Shown here: in pieces, positions 12,548 through 23,288 of the stretch
How positions within the stretch are numbered: position 1 is the stretch's first letter
How the letters are laid out: every line of letters begins with the position of its first letter
Made by a program: the position numbers and the translations under genes
DNA from: an uncultured Gemmatimonadales bacterium
Lineage (GTDB): Bacteria; Gemmatimonadota; Gemmatimonadetes; Gemmatimonadales; GWC2-71-9
Direction of reading: 5' to 3'
NCBI GenBank assembly: GCA_963825055.1
Contig: CAWGSK010000012.1
Span: 512,001 to 576,000, forward strand
Length of the DNA: 64,000 nucleotides
The notes under the pieces: model-generated
Database searches by the model: none
What the model saw: the letters and a program-made list of their open reading frames with translations, nothing else
What the model was told of the DNA's origin: nothing

Positions 12548-13505
12548 AGTCTTCCTGCAGATACTGCTGCAGCCCCTGCTGCTCCTTCATCCGACGGATG
12601 AGGCGTTCATTGAAGGCCGCAGCCATGTCCACGCCGGAATACCGGAGCAGGTGGGCCATGGCCACCACCTCGGAGACCACGGTGATGTTCTTCCCCGGGT
12701 TGAGCGGGACGATCACCTTCGGCAGGTGGACCTCGAGAATCTCGGTGGTATCGTGGCCCAGGCCCGTGCGATCCGCATCCTTGGCGGTCTCCCAGTCCTC
12801 GAGCTGGACGACCACCTCGATCCGTTTCTGCTGCCGCACCGCCCGGACGCCAAAGAGGCGCGGGATATCGATGAGGCCGATGCCGCGGATTTCCATGTGG
12901 TGCCCGGCGAGCTCGTGCCCCTGCCCGATCAGCACGTCCTGGCCGCGCCGCGACACCTGCACGACGTCATCCGCCACCAGGCGGTGTCCTCGCTCTACCA
13001 GGTCAAGTACGCATTCACTCTTCCCGATACCGCTGCGCCCGATGAACAGGAGGCCCACGCCGTACACGTCCGCGAGCGACCCGTGGAGCGTGGTGCGCGG
13101 GGCGAAGTTGCTCTCGAGGATCGGCTTGACCCGCCGGTAGAATTCCGCCGTCTTGAGCCGGGTCCGGAGCACGGCAACGCCACGCTCGCGGGCATACACC
13201 AGCATCTCGGGCGGCACGTCCTGCCCCTTCGTGACGCAAACACACGGAAGGTCGAAATCGAAGAAGGCACGCAGTCGCGAATGCCGCTCGTCCTCCGGAA
13301 GAGAGAAGAGATAGGTGACTTCCGTCTCGCCGAGGACGTGCATGCGGTGCGGCGTGAACCGGGCGGTGTAACCCGCCAGGGCCAGGCCCGGGCTCGCCAC
13401 CTCGTTGTCCGGGATCGAGCGGTCAAGCCCGATCTCGCCGGTCAGGGTCTCGAGCTGGAGCGGGTCACCGCTGCGCTCCAGCAGATCGCGCGCGCGCAGG
13501 GTCAT
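12540..13505 (-). CDS. hprK: HPr kinase/phosphorylase
   Basis: GRSGIGKSE Walker A, GHRLVADD, MEIRGIGLID; ATG 13505. Confidence 0.96.
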   Translation of the reverse strand: MTLRARDLLERSGDPLQLETLTGEIGLDRSIPDNEVASPGLALAGYTARFTPHRMHVLGETEVTYLFSLPEDERHSRLRAFFDFDLPCVCVTKGQDVPPEMLVYARERGVAVLRTRLKTAEFYRRVKPILESNFAPRTTLHGSLADVYGVGLLFIGRSGIGKSECVLDLVERGHRLVADDVVQVSRRGQDVLIGQGHELAGHHMEIRGIGLIDIPRLFGVRAVRQQKRIEVVVQLEDWETAKDADRTGLGHDTTEILEVHLPKVIVPLNPGKNITVVSEVVAMAHLLRYSGVDMAAAFNERLIRRMKEQQGLQQYLQEDYE

Positions 13506-13810
13506 GCGGGCGTCACCCGGCTCCGCTTCTTGCGTTGCGGGTCCGGCTTGTCGAGCTGACGGCGGAGCTTCTGTTCGGCCTGGTCCAGCGCCGTGCGGTG
13601 GTCCGTGCCCTCCGCGCTGGCCACGTAGATCTGGCCACTGGCGCTGTGGAGGCGGACCTCCACCGTCGGCGACTGGTGAATCGTGTCGAACACCACTGTG
13701 CACTCCTGTGGCCGATGCGCGAACTGGCCAAGCCGTTCGACAATTGCCGCCGCGCGCTCCTTGAGGGTGTCCGGAATGTCGCCATGTCGCGTGGTGATGG
13801 TGGTCCGCAT
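13502..13810 (-). CDS. hpf: Ribosome hibernation promoting factor (short HPF/RaiA family)
   Basis: ITTRHGDI...ALDQAEQKLRRQL pattern; typical position before hprK. Confidence 0.8.
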   Translation of the reverse strand: MRTTITTRHGDIPDTLKERAAAIVERLGQFAHRPQECTVVFDTIHQSPTVEVRLHSASGQIYVASAEGTDHRTALDQAEQKLRRQLDKPDPQRKKRSRVTPA

Positions 13811-13827
13811 GAAACACACCTCCAAGT

Positions 13828-14949
13828 TCAGGCGGGCAGCCTGCCCGCGATGGTTTCCATCATGTGCGCCTCGGTCTGCCGGGCGGTGTCCGCCCAGGTC
13901 AGGCCGAGGGCGAAGGTCCGGCCCGCCGCTCCCATCCGCTCGACCAGGCCGGGGTCGCCGGCGAGGGCGAGCATCCGGTCGGCCAGGGCATCCACGTCGC
14001 CATGGGGAACGAGGAACCCGGTCACGCCGGGCTGGATCGAATCGCGGAGGCCGGGGCTGTCCGAGGCCAGGACGGGGGTGGCGCAGGCCGCCGCCTCCAC
14101 GTTGGTGATTCCCCAGCCTTCCTTGGGCGAGGGAAAAACGTTGGCCCAGGCCCGCCGGAGCAGGTCGCGCTTGGCCTCCTCGGTGACGAAGCCGTGAAAC
14201 CGTACCCGCTCACCCAGCCCCAACTCGGCCGCCAGGCGTTCCAGCCGGGGGCGGTCATCGCCAGTGCCTGCTATGTCCAAGATAAGATCGGGACGCCTGT
14301 CGTGCGCCCGGGCCAGCGCGCGCAGTGCCAGATCCACGCCCTTGTACCGCTTGAGGCGACCCAGATAAAGGAAGGTCGGGGGCAACGAGCGGCTGACGGC
14401 GGGGTCGGGACGGAACCACTCGGGATCGACTCCCGGATGAATGACGCGGATCCGCCCGGCGGGCACACCGCGGTCAACGAGGTCGTCCCGGGTGCTTTCG
14501 CTGATCGCATGGAATGCCGCCCGCCGGTACACCGCCGGCACGGGACGCTCGGCCAGCCAGACCAGCGCGGCGACCGGGAGAGACGCCTCCTGGAACACGG
14601 TCGCGCCAAACAGGTGGGGGATGATGACGTAGAATGGGAGGTCGGTCAGGTTGGCCAGGTACAGCGGCAGCTTGTTGATGTCCTCCACGACGATATCGGC
14701 AGGCTCGGCCGCGAGGGCCGCCCGAACCGCGCCCCGGCCCCGCAGCGTGAAGCTGTGACGGTCGCCGACGCGGGTGATATCGACGCCATCCACCGTCGCA
14801 CGCGTGGGAGCGCCAGGCCAGCCACCACACACCAGTCGCACGCGGTGTCCTCCAGCTGCCAGGCGCGTGAGGATCTCGAAGAGGTGAATCTCGGCGCCCC
14901 CGGCCGCCGGGTTTTCCCGGTCCTGCCAGTTCACGACGAGGATGTTCAC
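13828..14949 (-). CDS. Glycosyltransferase family 4
   Basis: AGGAE, YLGRLKRYKG, PSPKEGWGITNVEAAACATPV. Confidence 0.9.
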   Translation of the reverse strand: MNILVVNWQDRENPAAGGAEIHLFEILTRLAAGGHRVRLVCGGWPGAPTRATVDGVDITRVGDRHSFTLRGRGAVRAALAAEPADIVVEDINKLPLYLANLTDLPFYVIIPHLFGATVFQEASLPVAALVWLAERPVPAVYRRAAFHAISESTRDDLVDRGVPAGRIRVIHPGVDPEWFRPDPAVSRSLPPTFLYLGRLKRYKGVDLALRALARAHDRRPDLILDIAGTGDDRPRLERLAAELGLGERVRFHGFVTEEAKRDLLRRAWANVFPSPKEGWGITNVEAAACATPVLASDSPGLRDSIQPGVTGFLVPHGDVDALADRMLALAGDPGLVERMGAAGRTFALGLTWADTARQTEAHMMETIAGRLPA

Positions 14950-15359
14950 AGACGGCCGAGCTGGCGCGCGATGCGGTCGAGCACGCCGTTGACGAACGCA
15001 GGAGAGCGGGAACCGCCAAACCAGTGCGCCAGCTGTACCGCTTCCGTGATCGCTACCCGGGGGGGCACCGAGGTATCCTCGAGCTCCAGCACACCGAGGC
15101 GGAGAATGTTCCGCTCGACCGTGCCGATCCGCTCGATACGCCAGTTCTCCGCCGCACCGGCTGCCGCGCGGTCCAGATCCTGCACCCGGGCGGCAACGGC
15201 CTCCGCGCGGCGCTCCGCGTCCTCCAGGACGGCGGGAGCCCGGCCGCAGAGGCGAACCATACCCGTGGCGACCCCGGATACCGGTGGCGCGCCCTGCAGT
15301 TCCCAGGCGTACAGCATCTGGAGCGCGCGCGCCCGGCCCTTGGTTTCAGCCCGTCGCAT
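14946..15359 (-). CDS. nusB: Transcription antitermination factor NusB
   Basis: RARALQMLY, VERNILRLG, AITEAVQLA, FVNGVLD; follows ribH. Confidence 0.93.
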   Translation of the reverse strand: MRRAETKGRARALQMLYAWELQGAPPVSGVATGMVRLCGRAPAVLEDAERRAEAVAARVQDLDRAAAGAAENWRIERIGTVERNILRLGVLELEDTSVPPRVAITEAVQLAHWFGGSRSPAFVNGVLDRIARQLGRL

Positions 15360-15831
15360 CGGGATGCCCCTTCCGCACCCGGGCAATGACGTCAGCCAGT
15401 TCCAGCGCCGCCTCGGCCGCCTCGTGCCCCTTGTTACCGGCGGCGCCCCCGGCGCGCGCCAGCGCCTGGTCCATGCTGTCCACGGTGAGCACACCGAAGG
15501 CGACGGGGAGTCCGTGCCGGACCGCAACCGCGTTCAGGCCCCGCGCCGCCTCGCCGGCGACGAAGTCGAAATGCGGCGTATCGCCCCGGATCACCGCACC
15601 GAGGGCGACGAGACACGCGTAGCGCCCGGTTTCCGCCGCCGCGCTCGCGGCCGCCGGCAGCTCGAAGGCGCCCGGGACCCAGATGACGTCCACATCCTCC
15701 CCGGGCAGGCCGGCCTCACGGCAGCGCGTGAGAGCGCCCTCGAGGAGACGCCGGGTGACGAGCTCGTTGTAGCGGCTGACCAGCAGCGCGACCCGGCCTC
15801 CGGGCCGGGCGCGCCCCGTGTATTCGGCCAT
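15346..15831 (-). CDS. ribH: 6,7-dimethyl-8-ribityllumazine synthase
   Basis: VPGAFELP, GAVIRGDTPHFDFV, GNKGHEAA. Confidence 0.96.
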   Translation of the reverse strand: MAEYTGRARPGGRVALLVSRYNELVTRRLLEGALTRCREAGLPGEDVDVIWVPGAFELPAAASAAAETGRYACLVALGAVIRGDTPHFDFVAGEAARGLNAVAVRHGLPVAFGVLTVDSMDQALARAGGAAGNKGHEAAEAALELADVIARVRKGHPDATG

Positions 15832-15832
15832 G

Positions 15833-17038
15833 TCAGGTCGGGAGGAGGTGGCCGAGCTTGTCGCGCTTCGTATCGAGGTAACCCCGGTTCTCGTGATGGG
15901 GGCGTGTCTGGAGCGGAAGCCGCTCGACGATCTCGAGGCCATAGCCGTCGAGGCCGACGAGCTTGCGGGGATTGTTGGTCATGATCCGGATGGATGACAG
16001 GCCGAGGTCGCGCAGGATCTGCGCGCCGATGCCGTAGTTGCGGAGGTCCGCGCCAAACCCGAGGCGGCGGTTCGCCTCGACGGTGTCGTCCCCGGTATCC
16101 TGGAGCGAGTAGGCGCGGAGCTTGTTCAGCAGGCCGATGCCCCGCCCTTCCTGGTCGAGGTAGACGATCACGCCCCGTCCCTCCTGCCCGATCCGCTCCA
16201 TTGCGGCGTGCAGCTGCGGACCGCAGTCGCACCGGCGCGAGGCAAACACATCGCCCGTGAGGCACTTGGAGTGCATCCGCACCAGGATGTCCTTCTGGCC
16301 CTCGACATCGCCCAGCACCAGGGCCACGTGCTCGGCGCGATCCACGTCGTTGCGATAGCCGACGATCCGGAACTCCCCGTACTCGGTCGGGAGCCGCGCC
16401 TCGGCCACCCGCTGCACAAGGTTCTCCTCCCGGAGCCGGTACGCGACGAGTTGGGCGACGGTGATGAACGTGAGGCCATGCTGGGCGGCGAACCGGTCCA
16501 GTTCCGGGCGGCGCGCCATGGTACCATCGGCGTTGAGGATCTCGCATATCACGCCGGCCGGGTACAGGCCCGAGAGACGGGCGAGATCCACGCTCGCCTC
16601 GGTCTGACCGACCCGCTGCAGCACGCCGCCGGGCCGCGAGCGGAGGGGGAAGACGTGGCCCGGCCGGCGAAGGTCGCCGGGCCGGCTGGCGGGATTGATG
16701 GCGACATGGATGGTTGCCGCGCGATCCGCGGCCGAGATGCCGGTGCTGACGCCAAAACGCCGTTCGCCGTCCACGCTCACCGTGAAGGCCGTCGCGAGGG
16801 CTTCCGTATTCCGGCTGGCCATCTGCGGCAGGCCGAGTTCATCGCAGCGGTCACCGGTGAGGGCAAGACAGATCAGGCCCCGGCCGTGGGTCGCCATGAA
16901 GTTGACCATCTCGGGGGTAACGAGCTCCGCGGCGCAGACGAGGTCACCCTCGTTCTCCCGGTCTTCGTCGTCCGCCACAATTATGATCTTGCCGTTGCGC
17001 AGGTCTTCGATCGCCTGCTCAATCGTGCCGAATGCCAT
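15833..17038 (-). CDS. ribBA: Bifunctional DHBP synthase / GTP cyclohydrolase II
   Basis: [30 protein letters not shown]...[12 protein letters not shown]. Confidence 0.97.
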   Translation of the reverse strand: MAFGTIEQAIEDLRNGKIIIVADDEDRENEGDLVCAAELVTPEMVNFMATHGRGLICLALTGDRCDELGLPQMASRNTEALATAFTVSVDGERRFGVSTGISAADRAATIHVAINPASRPGDLRRPGHVFPLRSRPGGVLQRVGQTEASVDLARLSGLYPAGVICEILNADGTMARRPELDRFAAQHGLTFITVAQLVAYRLREENLVQRVAEARLPTEYGEFRIVGYRNDVDRAEHVALVLGDVEGQKDILVRMHSKCLTGDVFASRRCDCGPQLHAAMERIGQEGRGVIVYLDQEGRGIGLLNKLRAYSLQDTGDDTVEANRRLGFGADLRNYGIGAQILRDLGLSSIRIMTNNPRKLVGLDGYGLEIVERLPLQTRPHHENRGYLDTKRDKLGHLLPT

Positions 17039-17684
17039 GACTCCCGTCCTGCTGCTGTTCGCGCGCCGCCGCCGGCGGCGCGTCGGGGTTCGCGCCGGAA
17101 CGGGCGCGCACCATGGACTGAACATACTTCCCCAGCAGGTCGCCTTCCAGATGGACCGTGTCGCCCACGCGCCGGTCCCCGAGCGTCGTCTCCTGCAGCG
17201 TGTGCGGAATAAGCGAGACCTGAACGATGCCGCGCGCGGGACGGGCGTTCACCGTAAGGCTCACGCCGTCCACGGTGATAGACCCCAGAAGAATCGAGAC
17301 CTCATCCACCGCCGGGGGGACGGTGAGGTCCAGCAGGCGCCCCCCGTCCACTTCCGCCACCCGGATGACCTGCCCCAGACCATCCACATGGCCCTGCACC
17401 AGGTGACCTCCCAGGCGGTCTCCTGCCCTCAGGGCACGCTCCAGGTTCAGGCGCCGCCCCTCCCCGTCACTCCCGAACCGGGTCCGGGCGAGGGAGGTTC
17501 CCACCACTCGCACCGTGAAGCCCCCGGCTGGGAGTCCGGTGACCGTGAGGCACGCCCCGTCCACCGCGATGCTCTCTCCTGGGACCAGGTCGGTCCAGGG
17601 GCAGGCGATCTCCAGTTCGAGGCCCTCTCCCGTCTCGCGCCGGGACCGCACCGTCCCGACAGCGGTTACGAGTCCGGTGAACAC
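17019..17684 (-). CDS. ribE: Riboflavin synthase (alpha chain)
   Basis: MFTGLV start, [33 protein letters not shown]. Confidence 0.95.
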   Translation of the reverse strand: MFTGLVTAVGTVRSRRETGEGLELEIACPWTDLVPGESIAVDGACLTVTGLPAGGFTVRVVGTSLARTRFGSDGEGRRLNLERALRAGDRLGGHLVQGHVDGLGQVIRVAEVDGGRLLDLTVPPAVDEVSILLGSITVDGVSLTVNARPARGIVQVSLIPHTLQETTLGDRRVGDTVHLEGDLLGKYVQSMVRARSGANPDAPPAAAREQQQDGSHGIRHD

Positions 17685-18685
17685 GCGTGGCGCTCCAGAA
17701 CCAGCATGGTATCCTGCCCCAACGCCTGGCGTGCCGACACCTGCCAGCGCGTGGCGCGCCCCAGGTCGGGGACCTTCATGCCACGGAAGGCGGGCACGCC
17801 TCCCTCCCCCAGCCAGAGGGGGGCCTGGACCCAGTAGAACCGGTCCACCAGGTCCGCGGCGAGCAGGCGTCCCGCCAGGCGCCCGCCACCCTCCACCAGG
17901 AGGCTCATGACGCCGTCCTGCCGGAGTGAACGGAGACTACCCGCCAGGTCGTAGTCATCGACCACGAGCGCGCGGGGCTCCTCGAACACCTGGAGGTCAC
18001 GCGGCAGGCCTCTCTGGCGTGCGAATACCACCCGTCGGGGTCGAACCCGTGGTTCGATCCGTCCCCGGACGGTCAGCGCCGGGTCATCGGCGATGGCGGT
18101 TCCGGCACCGACCGCAATGGCATCGAATCCCGCGCGCAACCAGTGGACGAAGTCACGCGCCTCGAGCCCGGAGATCCAGCGGGAGCGCCCGCCGGCGTCC
18201 GCGATCCGCCCATCAATGCTGGTCGCCAGCTTCAGCGCCACGAAGGGCCGGTCATCGGTGCGGTGGGTGTGGAGGAAGATGGCGTTCTGCCGTTCCGCTT
18301 CCTCCCTCCGTGTCCCGCTCTCCACTTCGAGGCCGGCTTCAGCCAGAGTCGCAGCACCGCCGGATGCGACCGGGTCAGGGTCGGGGACGGCATACACGAC
18401 GCGCGCGATCCCCGCGTCCAGGATCGCACGGGTGCAGGGAGGTTGCTTGCCGGTGTGCGCGCACGGCTCGAGGGTTACGACCAGGGTGGCATCCCGGGCG
18501 CCATCCCCCGCTGCCCGGATGGCCTCCACCTCCGCGTGCAGGCCTCCCCACTCCGTGTGGCAGCCTTCCCCGACCTTCTGCCCCTCCTGGAGGACAACAG
18601 CCCCCACCAGCGGGTTCGGGTGTACCTGGCCCCACCCCCGCCAGGCCAGGTCCAGCGCCCGCCGCATCGCCTCATCTTCCGTCAT
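17666..18685 (-). CDS. ribD: Riboflavin deaminase/reductase RibD
   Basis: [37 protein letters not shown]. Confidence 0.95.
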   Translation of the reverse strand: MTEDEAMRRALDLAWRGWGQVHPNPLVGAVVLQEGQKVGEGCHTEWGGLHAEVEAIRAAGDGARDATLVVTLEPCAHTGKQPPCTRAILDAGIARVVYAVPDPDPVASGGAATLAEAGLEVESGTRREEAERQNAIFLHTHRTDDRPFVALKLATSIDGRIADAGGRSRWISGLEARDFVHWLRAGFDAIAVGAGTAIADDPALTVRGRIEPRVRPRRVVFARQRGLPRDLQVFEEPRALVVDDYDLAGSLRSLRQDGVMSLLVEGGGRLAGRLLAADLVDRFYWVQAPLWLGEGGVPAFRGMKVPDLGRATRWQVSARQALGQDTMLVLERHACSPDS

Positions 18686-18713
18686 GCGGGGAAGATAAGC
18701 GAGCCACGGGGCT

Positions 18714-19682
18714 TCAGAAGCCGAACTGCAGCCCCAGCCCCCCGAACATCCGGCCGCCCGCATCGTTCACCCCCTCGAACGTGGTCGGGAGCTTCTGGTC
18801 CTTCCCCGCCTGGTACCCGAGTTCACCCGCGATCCGGATGACGGACAGAGACAGCGCCGCGTTCAGGAATGCCATCGTCCGGGTGTTATCGAGTCCGATC
18901 GCAATCGGCGGCTGCGGCACGCTCGTGAGCGGGTCCCGGAAGGCAATCACCGCATCGCCCGTATACTTGTCCCATCCGAGGCCGGCTCCCACGGTCAGGA
19001 GCGCCAGCCGCTCACTCGCCACCACGCGAACGTTGGTCGCACGCAGGTCCACGGAATACTGGTAGTCCTGGGTGGCGTCCGTGAGGTCGCCGTAGGTCAT
19101 GCGGGGAATGTCCCGTCGCATCACGCTCACCGACACGGCAGGGATCGGGAATGCGCCCCGCAGGACGCCGATGCGCGCGCCGTAGCCGAGCCCGAGCCCG
19201 ATGGATCCGATGGTGCGGGCGTCGCTGTCGAGCCGGAGGTTGTCGAACTGGTCGGTCGGCAGGAGCTGCGCCGAGCCGAGGGCATCGATGCTGAGCAGGC
19301 CGCCCGGCAGCCCGCCCCAGAGCCCGAGCGCTCCCTCCACGAGCGGGGCCGGCGCGACGATCTCGTCATCCAGCGGCACGGACGAGCTGCTGCCATCGTA
19401 GCTGAGGTCGGGCAGCTGCACCTGCGTGGCATTCACCCGTGCGGTGAGCGACAGGTGCGGGAAGCCGCCCAGCGGCCTCGCGCTGCCGAGGACCGGGTTG
19501 CCACCGCTGATGAGCAGGCCGAGCACCGGATGGAACAGCCGGGTGCCGTCGACCGCCGCGTTGCAGACGTTATAGGTGGTGTTGGTCGTGCTGTAGGGGC
19601 TGCACTCGGCATTCTGGCCAGCGAGCGGGTTCGCCAGCAGGCACAGCGGCAGCAGGGCGGCCGCAGCAGGAATTACGCGCAT
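18714..19682 (-). CDS. Hypothetical outer-membrane beta-barrel-like protein
   Basis: Signal peptide ending PLAGQ, alternating amphipathic strands, C-terminal GLGLQFGF. Confidence 0.6.
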   Translation of the reverse strand: MRVIPAAAALLPLCLLANPLAGQNAECSPYSTTNTTYNVCNAAVDGTRLFHPVLGLLISGGNPVLGSARPLGGFPHLSLTARVNATQVQLPDLSYDGSSSSVPLDDEIVAPAPLVEGALGLWGGLPGGLLSIDALGSAQLLPTDQFDNLRLDSDARTIGSIGLGLGYGARIGVLRGAFPIPAVSVSVMRRDIPRMTYGDLTDATQDYQYSVDLRATNVRVVASERLALLTVGAGLGWDKYTGDAVIAFRDPLTSVPQPPIAIGLDNTRTMAFLNAALSLSVIRIAGELGYQAGKDQKLPTTFEGVNDAGGRMFGGLGLQFGF

Positions 19683-19697
19683 GGTCCATCTCCTTGA

Positions 19698-20729
19698 CTA
19701 CCCGGCGAACCCCACCGAGGGATCACCCCCGACGATCTCGCCCATGACCCAAGATTCAACCCCCTGGGCGCTGGCAGCCTCACGGACCCCATCCACCCCG
19801 GCGGGCGGAAGCACGGCGATCATCCCGACACCGAGATTGAACACCTCGCGCATCTCGTCGGGTGGGACGTTCCCGGCCTCCTGCAGGAATTGAAAGAACG
19901 GAGGCAACGCCCAGCTCGAGGGATCCACCACCGCCCGTCTTCCCGGGGGCAATATCCGGACCAGATTTCCGGCAATGCCGCCACCCGTGATATGCGCCAG
20001 CCCGTGGATACGACTCAATACAGGCTGTAACGCGGCGGCATAGCTCCGGTGCACCGCCAGAAGCTCATCTCCGACGGTCCGTCCCGTAGCCTCAATGGTA
20101 TCATCAAGTTGGAGCCTGCACCTGTCAAAGACGATGCGACGTGCAAGGCTGTATCCATTGGTGTGTAACCCGCTGGAGGCGAGTCCGAGCAGCACGTCCC
20201 CCGGCACGATCCGGTCGCCGTGCAGGGCTTCGTCCTCGTCCACGACGCCGATGATCGTCCCGGCGAGATCATAGTGTCCCGGCTGGTATAATCCCGGCAT
20301 CTGTGCCGTTTCGCCACCGGCCAGGGTCATGTGGTGCGCCCGACACCCGCGGGCAATACCCTCCACCAGCGCGGCAATCTGTGACACGGTGAGATCGCTG
20401 CCGGCGATGTAGTCCATGAACGCGATGGGACTCGCGGCATGGACCAGGATGTCGTTGACGCCGTGGTTGACCAGGTCCTCGCCGACGGTGTCGTACACGC
20501 CCGCCATGGCCGCCACCAGCACCTTGGTTCCCACGCCGTCGGTGCTCATCACGAGGGTCGGCTTCCGCATGCCGGACGGCACCCGCACCATGCCCCCGAA
20601 GGCGCCGAGCACGCCGGCCGACAGTGCCGTCCGCGTGCCGGCGACCGCCTGCTGAATCCGCTGCTTCGCTTCCTCTGCCTCGTCCAGGTTGACGCCGGCG
20701 TCGCGATAGCGCTCCCCCGCTCCGCTCAC
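19698..20729 (-). CDS. purM: Phosphoribosylformylglycinamidine cyclo-ligase (AIR synthetase)
   Basis: YRDAGV, TDGVGTK, GGETAQMPG, SSGLHTNGYSL, HITGGG, FNLGVG. Confidence 0.96.
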   Translation of the reverse strand: MSGAGERYRDAGVNLDEAEEAKQRIQQAVAGTRTALSAGVLGAFGGMVRVPSGMRKPTLVMSTDGVGTKVLVAAMAGVYDTVGEDLVNHGVNDILVHAASPIAFMDYIAGSDLTVSQIAALVEGIARGCRAHHMTLAGGETAQMPGLYQPGHYDLAGTIIGVVDEDEALHGDRIVPGDVLLGLASSGLHTNGYSLARRIVFDRCRLQLDDTIEATGRTVGDELLAVHRSYAAALQPVLSRIHGLAHITGGGIAGNLVRILPPGRRAVVDPSSWALPPFFQFLQEAGNVPPDEMREVFNLGVGMIAVLPPAGVDGVREAASAQGVESWVMGEIVGGDPSVGFAG

Positions 20730-21646
20730 GCCAGCGGCTCCGCGGCGACAACGTGGGTCAGGTCGCGGAATCGCCGCACCCTGTCCTCGACCTCGTTCAG
20801 CGTCACGCCGTCAAAACCGCGGATGCCGAACCGGGCCACGGCGTAGGATCCCATGGTAGCGCCGTACACCATCGCGCGACGCAGGTTGTCGCTGCCCGTG
20901 TCGTCGGTGCGCGCGAGGTATCCCATGAAGCCACCGGCGAAGGCGTCGCCGGCCCCGGTCGGGTCGAATACTTCCTCCAGCGGGAACGCCGGCACGTAGA
21001 ATGTCCGGTCGTGCTCGATCAGCATGGCGCCGTATTCACCCTGCTTGATCACCACGCGGTCGGGGCCGTGGTCCAGGATCCAGCGACCGGCACGGTGGAT
21101 GTTCCAGTCCCCCGAGAGTTCACGCGCTTCGCTGTCATTCACCATCAGGACGTCGACCTTCTCCAGCAGCACGAGGAGTTCATCACGACGACCCTGGATC
21201 CAGTAATTCATCGTGTCGCACACGACCAGTTTTGGCCGGCGGATCTGGGAGAGGACGTCGATCTGCAGTTCCGGGTCAATGTTCCCGAGGAAAATGTAGG
21301 GCACGGACTGGAAGCCCTCCGGCAACTTCGGCTTGAAATCCGCGAAGACGCCGAGCCGGGTTTCCAGGGTCTCGCGGCTCTGGAGGTCGTAGGAGTACTT
21401 CCCCTTCCAGCGGAAGCTCTCTCCCTCCGCGAGTTCCACCCCGGACCAGTCGATCCCCCGCGGGGCCAGCCGCTCGAGTTCGCCCATGGGATAGTCCCGG
21501 CCCACTACCCCGACCACCTTCACGCTGCTCAGCAGCGAGCCGGCCACGCTGAAGTACACGGCCGAGCCCCCGAGCGCATCGGCAGTCTCGCCGAAAGGGG
21601 TATAGACGGAATCGAGAGCGACGCTTCCGACAACGAGCAGGGTCAT
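20726..21646 (-). CDS. PfkB family carbohydrate/nucleoside kinase
   Basis: GSVALD, LGGSA, DPTGAGDAFAGG; ATG 21646. Confidence 0.9.
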   Translation of the reverse strand: MTLLVVGSVALDSVYTPFGETADALGGSAVYFSVAGSLLSSVKVVGVVGRDYPMGELERLAPRGIDWSGVELAEGESFRWKGKYSYDLQSRETLETRLGVFADFKPKLPEGFQSVPYIFLGNIDPELQIDVLSQIRRPKLVVCDTMNYWIQGRRDELLVLLEKVDVLMVNDSEARELSGDWNIHRAGRWILDHGPDRVVIKQGEYGAMLIEHDRTFYVPAFPLEEVFDPTGAGDAFAGGFMGYLARTDDTGSDNLRRAMVYGATMGSYAVARFGIRGFDGVTLNEVEDRVRRFRDLTHVVAAEPLA

Positions 21647-21650
21647 GACA

Positions 21651-23288
21651 TCACATCCGGTCGGGGGCAGAAAGGCCAAGGAGGGCCAGGCCGTTGGCGA
21701 GCACGATGCGGGTGGCCCGTGCCAGCGCCAGCCGCGCCCGTTCCGTGGCCGGCGGTTCGCCCAGCACGCGGCAGCGGTGATACCAGCCGTGCGCCTGCCG
21801 CGCGAGGTCCTCGAGGTAGCCGGTGATGCGGTGCGGCTCGCGCTCACGCGCGGCGCCGTGGACCGTCTCGGGGAACAGCGTCAGGGTCTTGAGCAGCTCG
21901 ATATCCTCGGGGGCCGTGAGCCCCGCGAGGTCGATCTCGGGCGACACGACTTCCGGTTCCACTTCGGCAACCCGGAAGATGCCGCTCATCCTGGCATGCG
22001 CCATCTGGACGTAGAACACCGGGTTCTCGTCCGTCTGGCTCTTGGCGAGATCCACGTCGAAGACAAGCTGGGAGTCGCCCCGGCGCATCAGGAAGAAGTA
22101 GCGGGCGGCGTCCACGCCCACTTCCTCGAACAGGTCGCGCAGGGTCACGAACTCACCCGAACGTTTCGACATCCGCACTTCCTCACCGCCGCGGACGACC
22201 TTGACCAGCTGGACCAGGGCCACCTCGAAGAAGGTCTCCCCGAAGCCGAGGGCCGTGAGCACTGCCCGCATCCGGGGGATGTAGCCGTGGTGATCGGCGC
22301 CCCAGACATCGATCAGCCGGTCGAAGCCCCGATCGTGCTTGTCGATGTGGTACGCGATATCGGGCGCGAGATAGGTGCAGGTTCCGTCCTGCTTGCGCAG
22401 CACGCGGTCCTTGTCATCCCCAAACTGTTCCGTCCGGAGCCACAGGGCGCCGTCGGCCTCATAGGTAAGGTCACGTCCGGCCAGCTGCGCCAGCGCCTGC
22501 TCCACCTCGCCCTTCCGGTACAGGTCCTGCTCGGAGAACAGGACGTCCATGTGGACGCCGAAGACGCGCAGGTCCTCGTCCTGCTCCTCGCGCATGGCGG
22601 CCAGGCCGAGCGCGCGGCAGCGTGCCAGGCCATCCGGTTCCGGGAGATCCGCGAACGCCGAGCCCTCGTTGGCCAGGATTCGCGCGGCGGTTTCCTCGAG
22701 GTACGCCCCGTGGTAGCCGCCCTCCGGGATGGCGGCATCACGCCCGGCGGCCTGCTGGATCCGGGCCCACAGGCTCTGGGCCAGCCGGTCGATCTGTACC
22801 CCGGCGTCGTTGACGTAGAACTCCCGGGTGACGGCGTGTCCGGTCCACTCGAGCAGGGCGGCAATGGCATCGCCCAGCGCGGCACCCCGGCCGTGCCCGA
22901 CGTGAAGGGGACCAGTCGGGTTCGCACTCACGAACTCGACGTTCACCTTCCGGTCCCGACCGAAGTCGCCTCGCCCGTACCCCGGCCCCGCGGCCACGAT
23001 CTCCCGCAGGTCGGCCAGGAGCTGCTCGGGCGCCAGGCGGAAATTGATGAATCCAGGACCGGCGATCTCGATCCGGTCGATGACGGTATCCGGGAGGTCC
23101 AGGGCCTCGACCACGCGCCCCGCGATTTCCCTGGGCTTCGCCCGGAGCGGGCGGGCGAGGGCCATGGCGAGATTGGTCGACAGGTCACCGTGACCACGGT
23201 CGCGCGGGCGCTCCACCACGAAGTCGACATCGGGCGCGCCGAGGACAGCCGCCACCCGGGCCAGCTCATGCCGGAGGAAATCGCTCAC
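21651..23288 (-). CDS. argS: Arginyl-tRNA synthetase
   Basis: VEFVSANPTGPLHVGHGR, WGADHHGY, MSKRSG, ENPVFYVQMAHAR; GTG 23288. Confidence 0.97.
   Translation of the reverse strand: MSDFLRHELARVAAVLGAPDVDFVVERPRDRGHGDLSTNLAMALARPLRAKPREIAGRVVEALDLPDTVIDRIEIAGPGFINFRLAPEQLLADLREIVAAGPGYGRGDFGRDRKVNVEFVSANPTGPLHVGHGRGAALGDAIAALLEWTGHAVTREFYVNDAGVQIDRLAQSLWARIQQAAGRDAAIPEGGYHGAYLEETAARILANEGSAFADLPEPDGLARCRALGLAAMREEQDEDLRVFGVHMDVLFSEQDLYRKGEVEQALAQLAGRDLTYEADGALWLRTEQFGDDKDRVLRKQDGTCTYLAPDIAYHIDKHDRGFDRLIDVWGADHHGYIPRMRAVLTALGFGETFFEVALVQLVKVVRGGEEVRMSKRSGEFVTLRDLFEEVGVDAARYFFLMRRGDSQLVFDVDLAKSQTDENPVFYVQMAHARMSGIFRVAEVEPEVVSPEIDLAGLTAPEDIELLKTLTLFPETVHGAAREREPHRITGYLEDLARQAHGWYHRCRVLGEPPATERARLALARATRIVLANGLALLGLSAPDRM

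Noticed and set aside
19990..20170. oriC or DnaA boxes in the AT-rich purM patch
   Set aside because: Only 2-3-mismatch resemblances such as GTATCCACG; intragenic; no dnaA context or unwinding element
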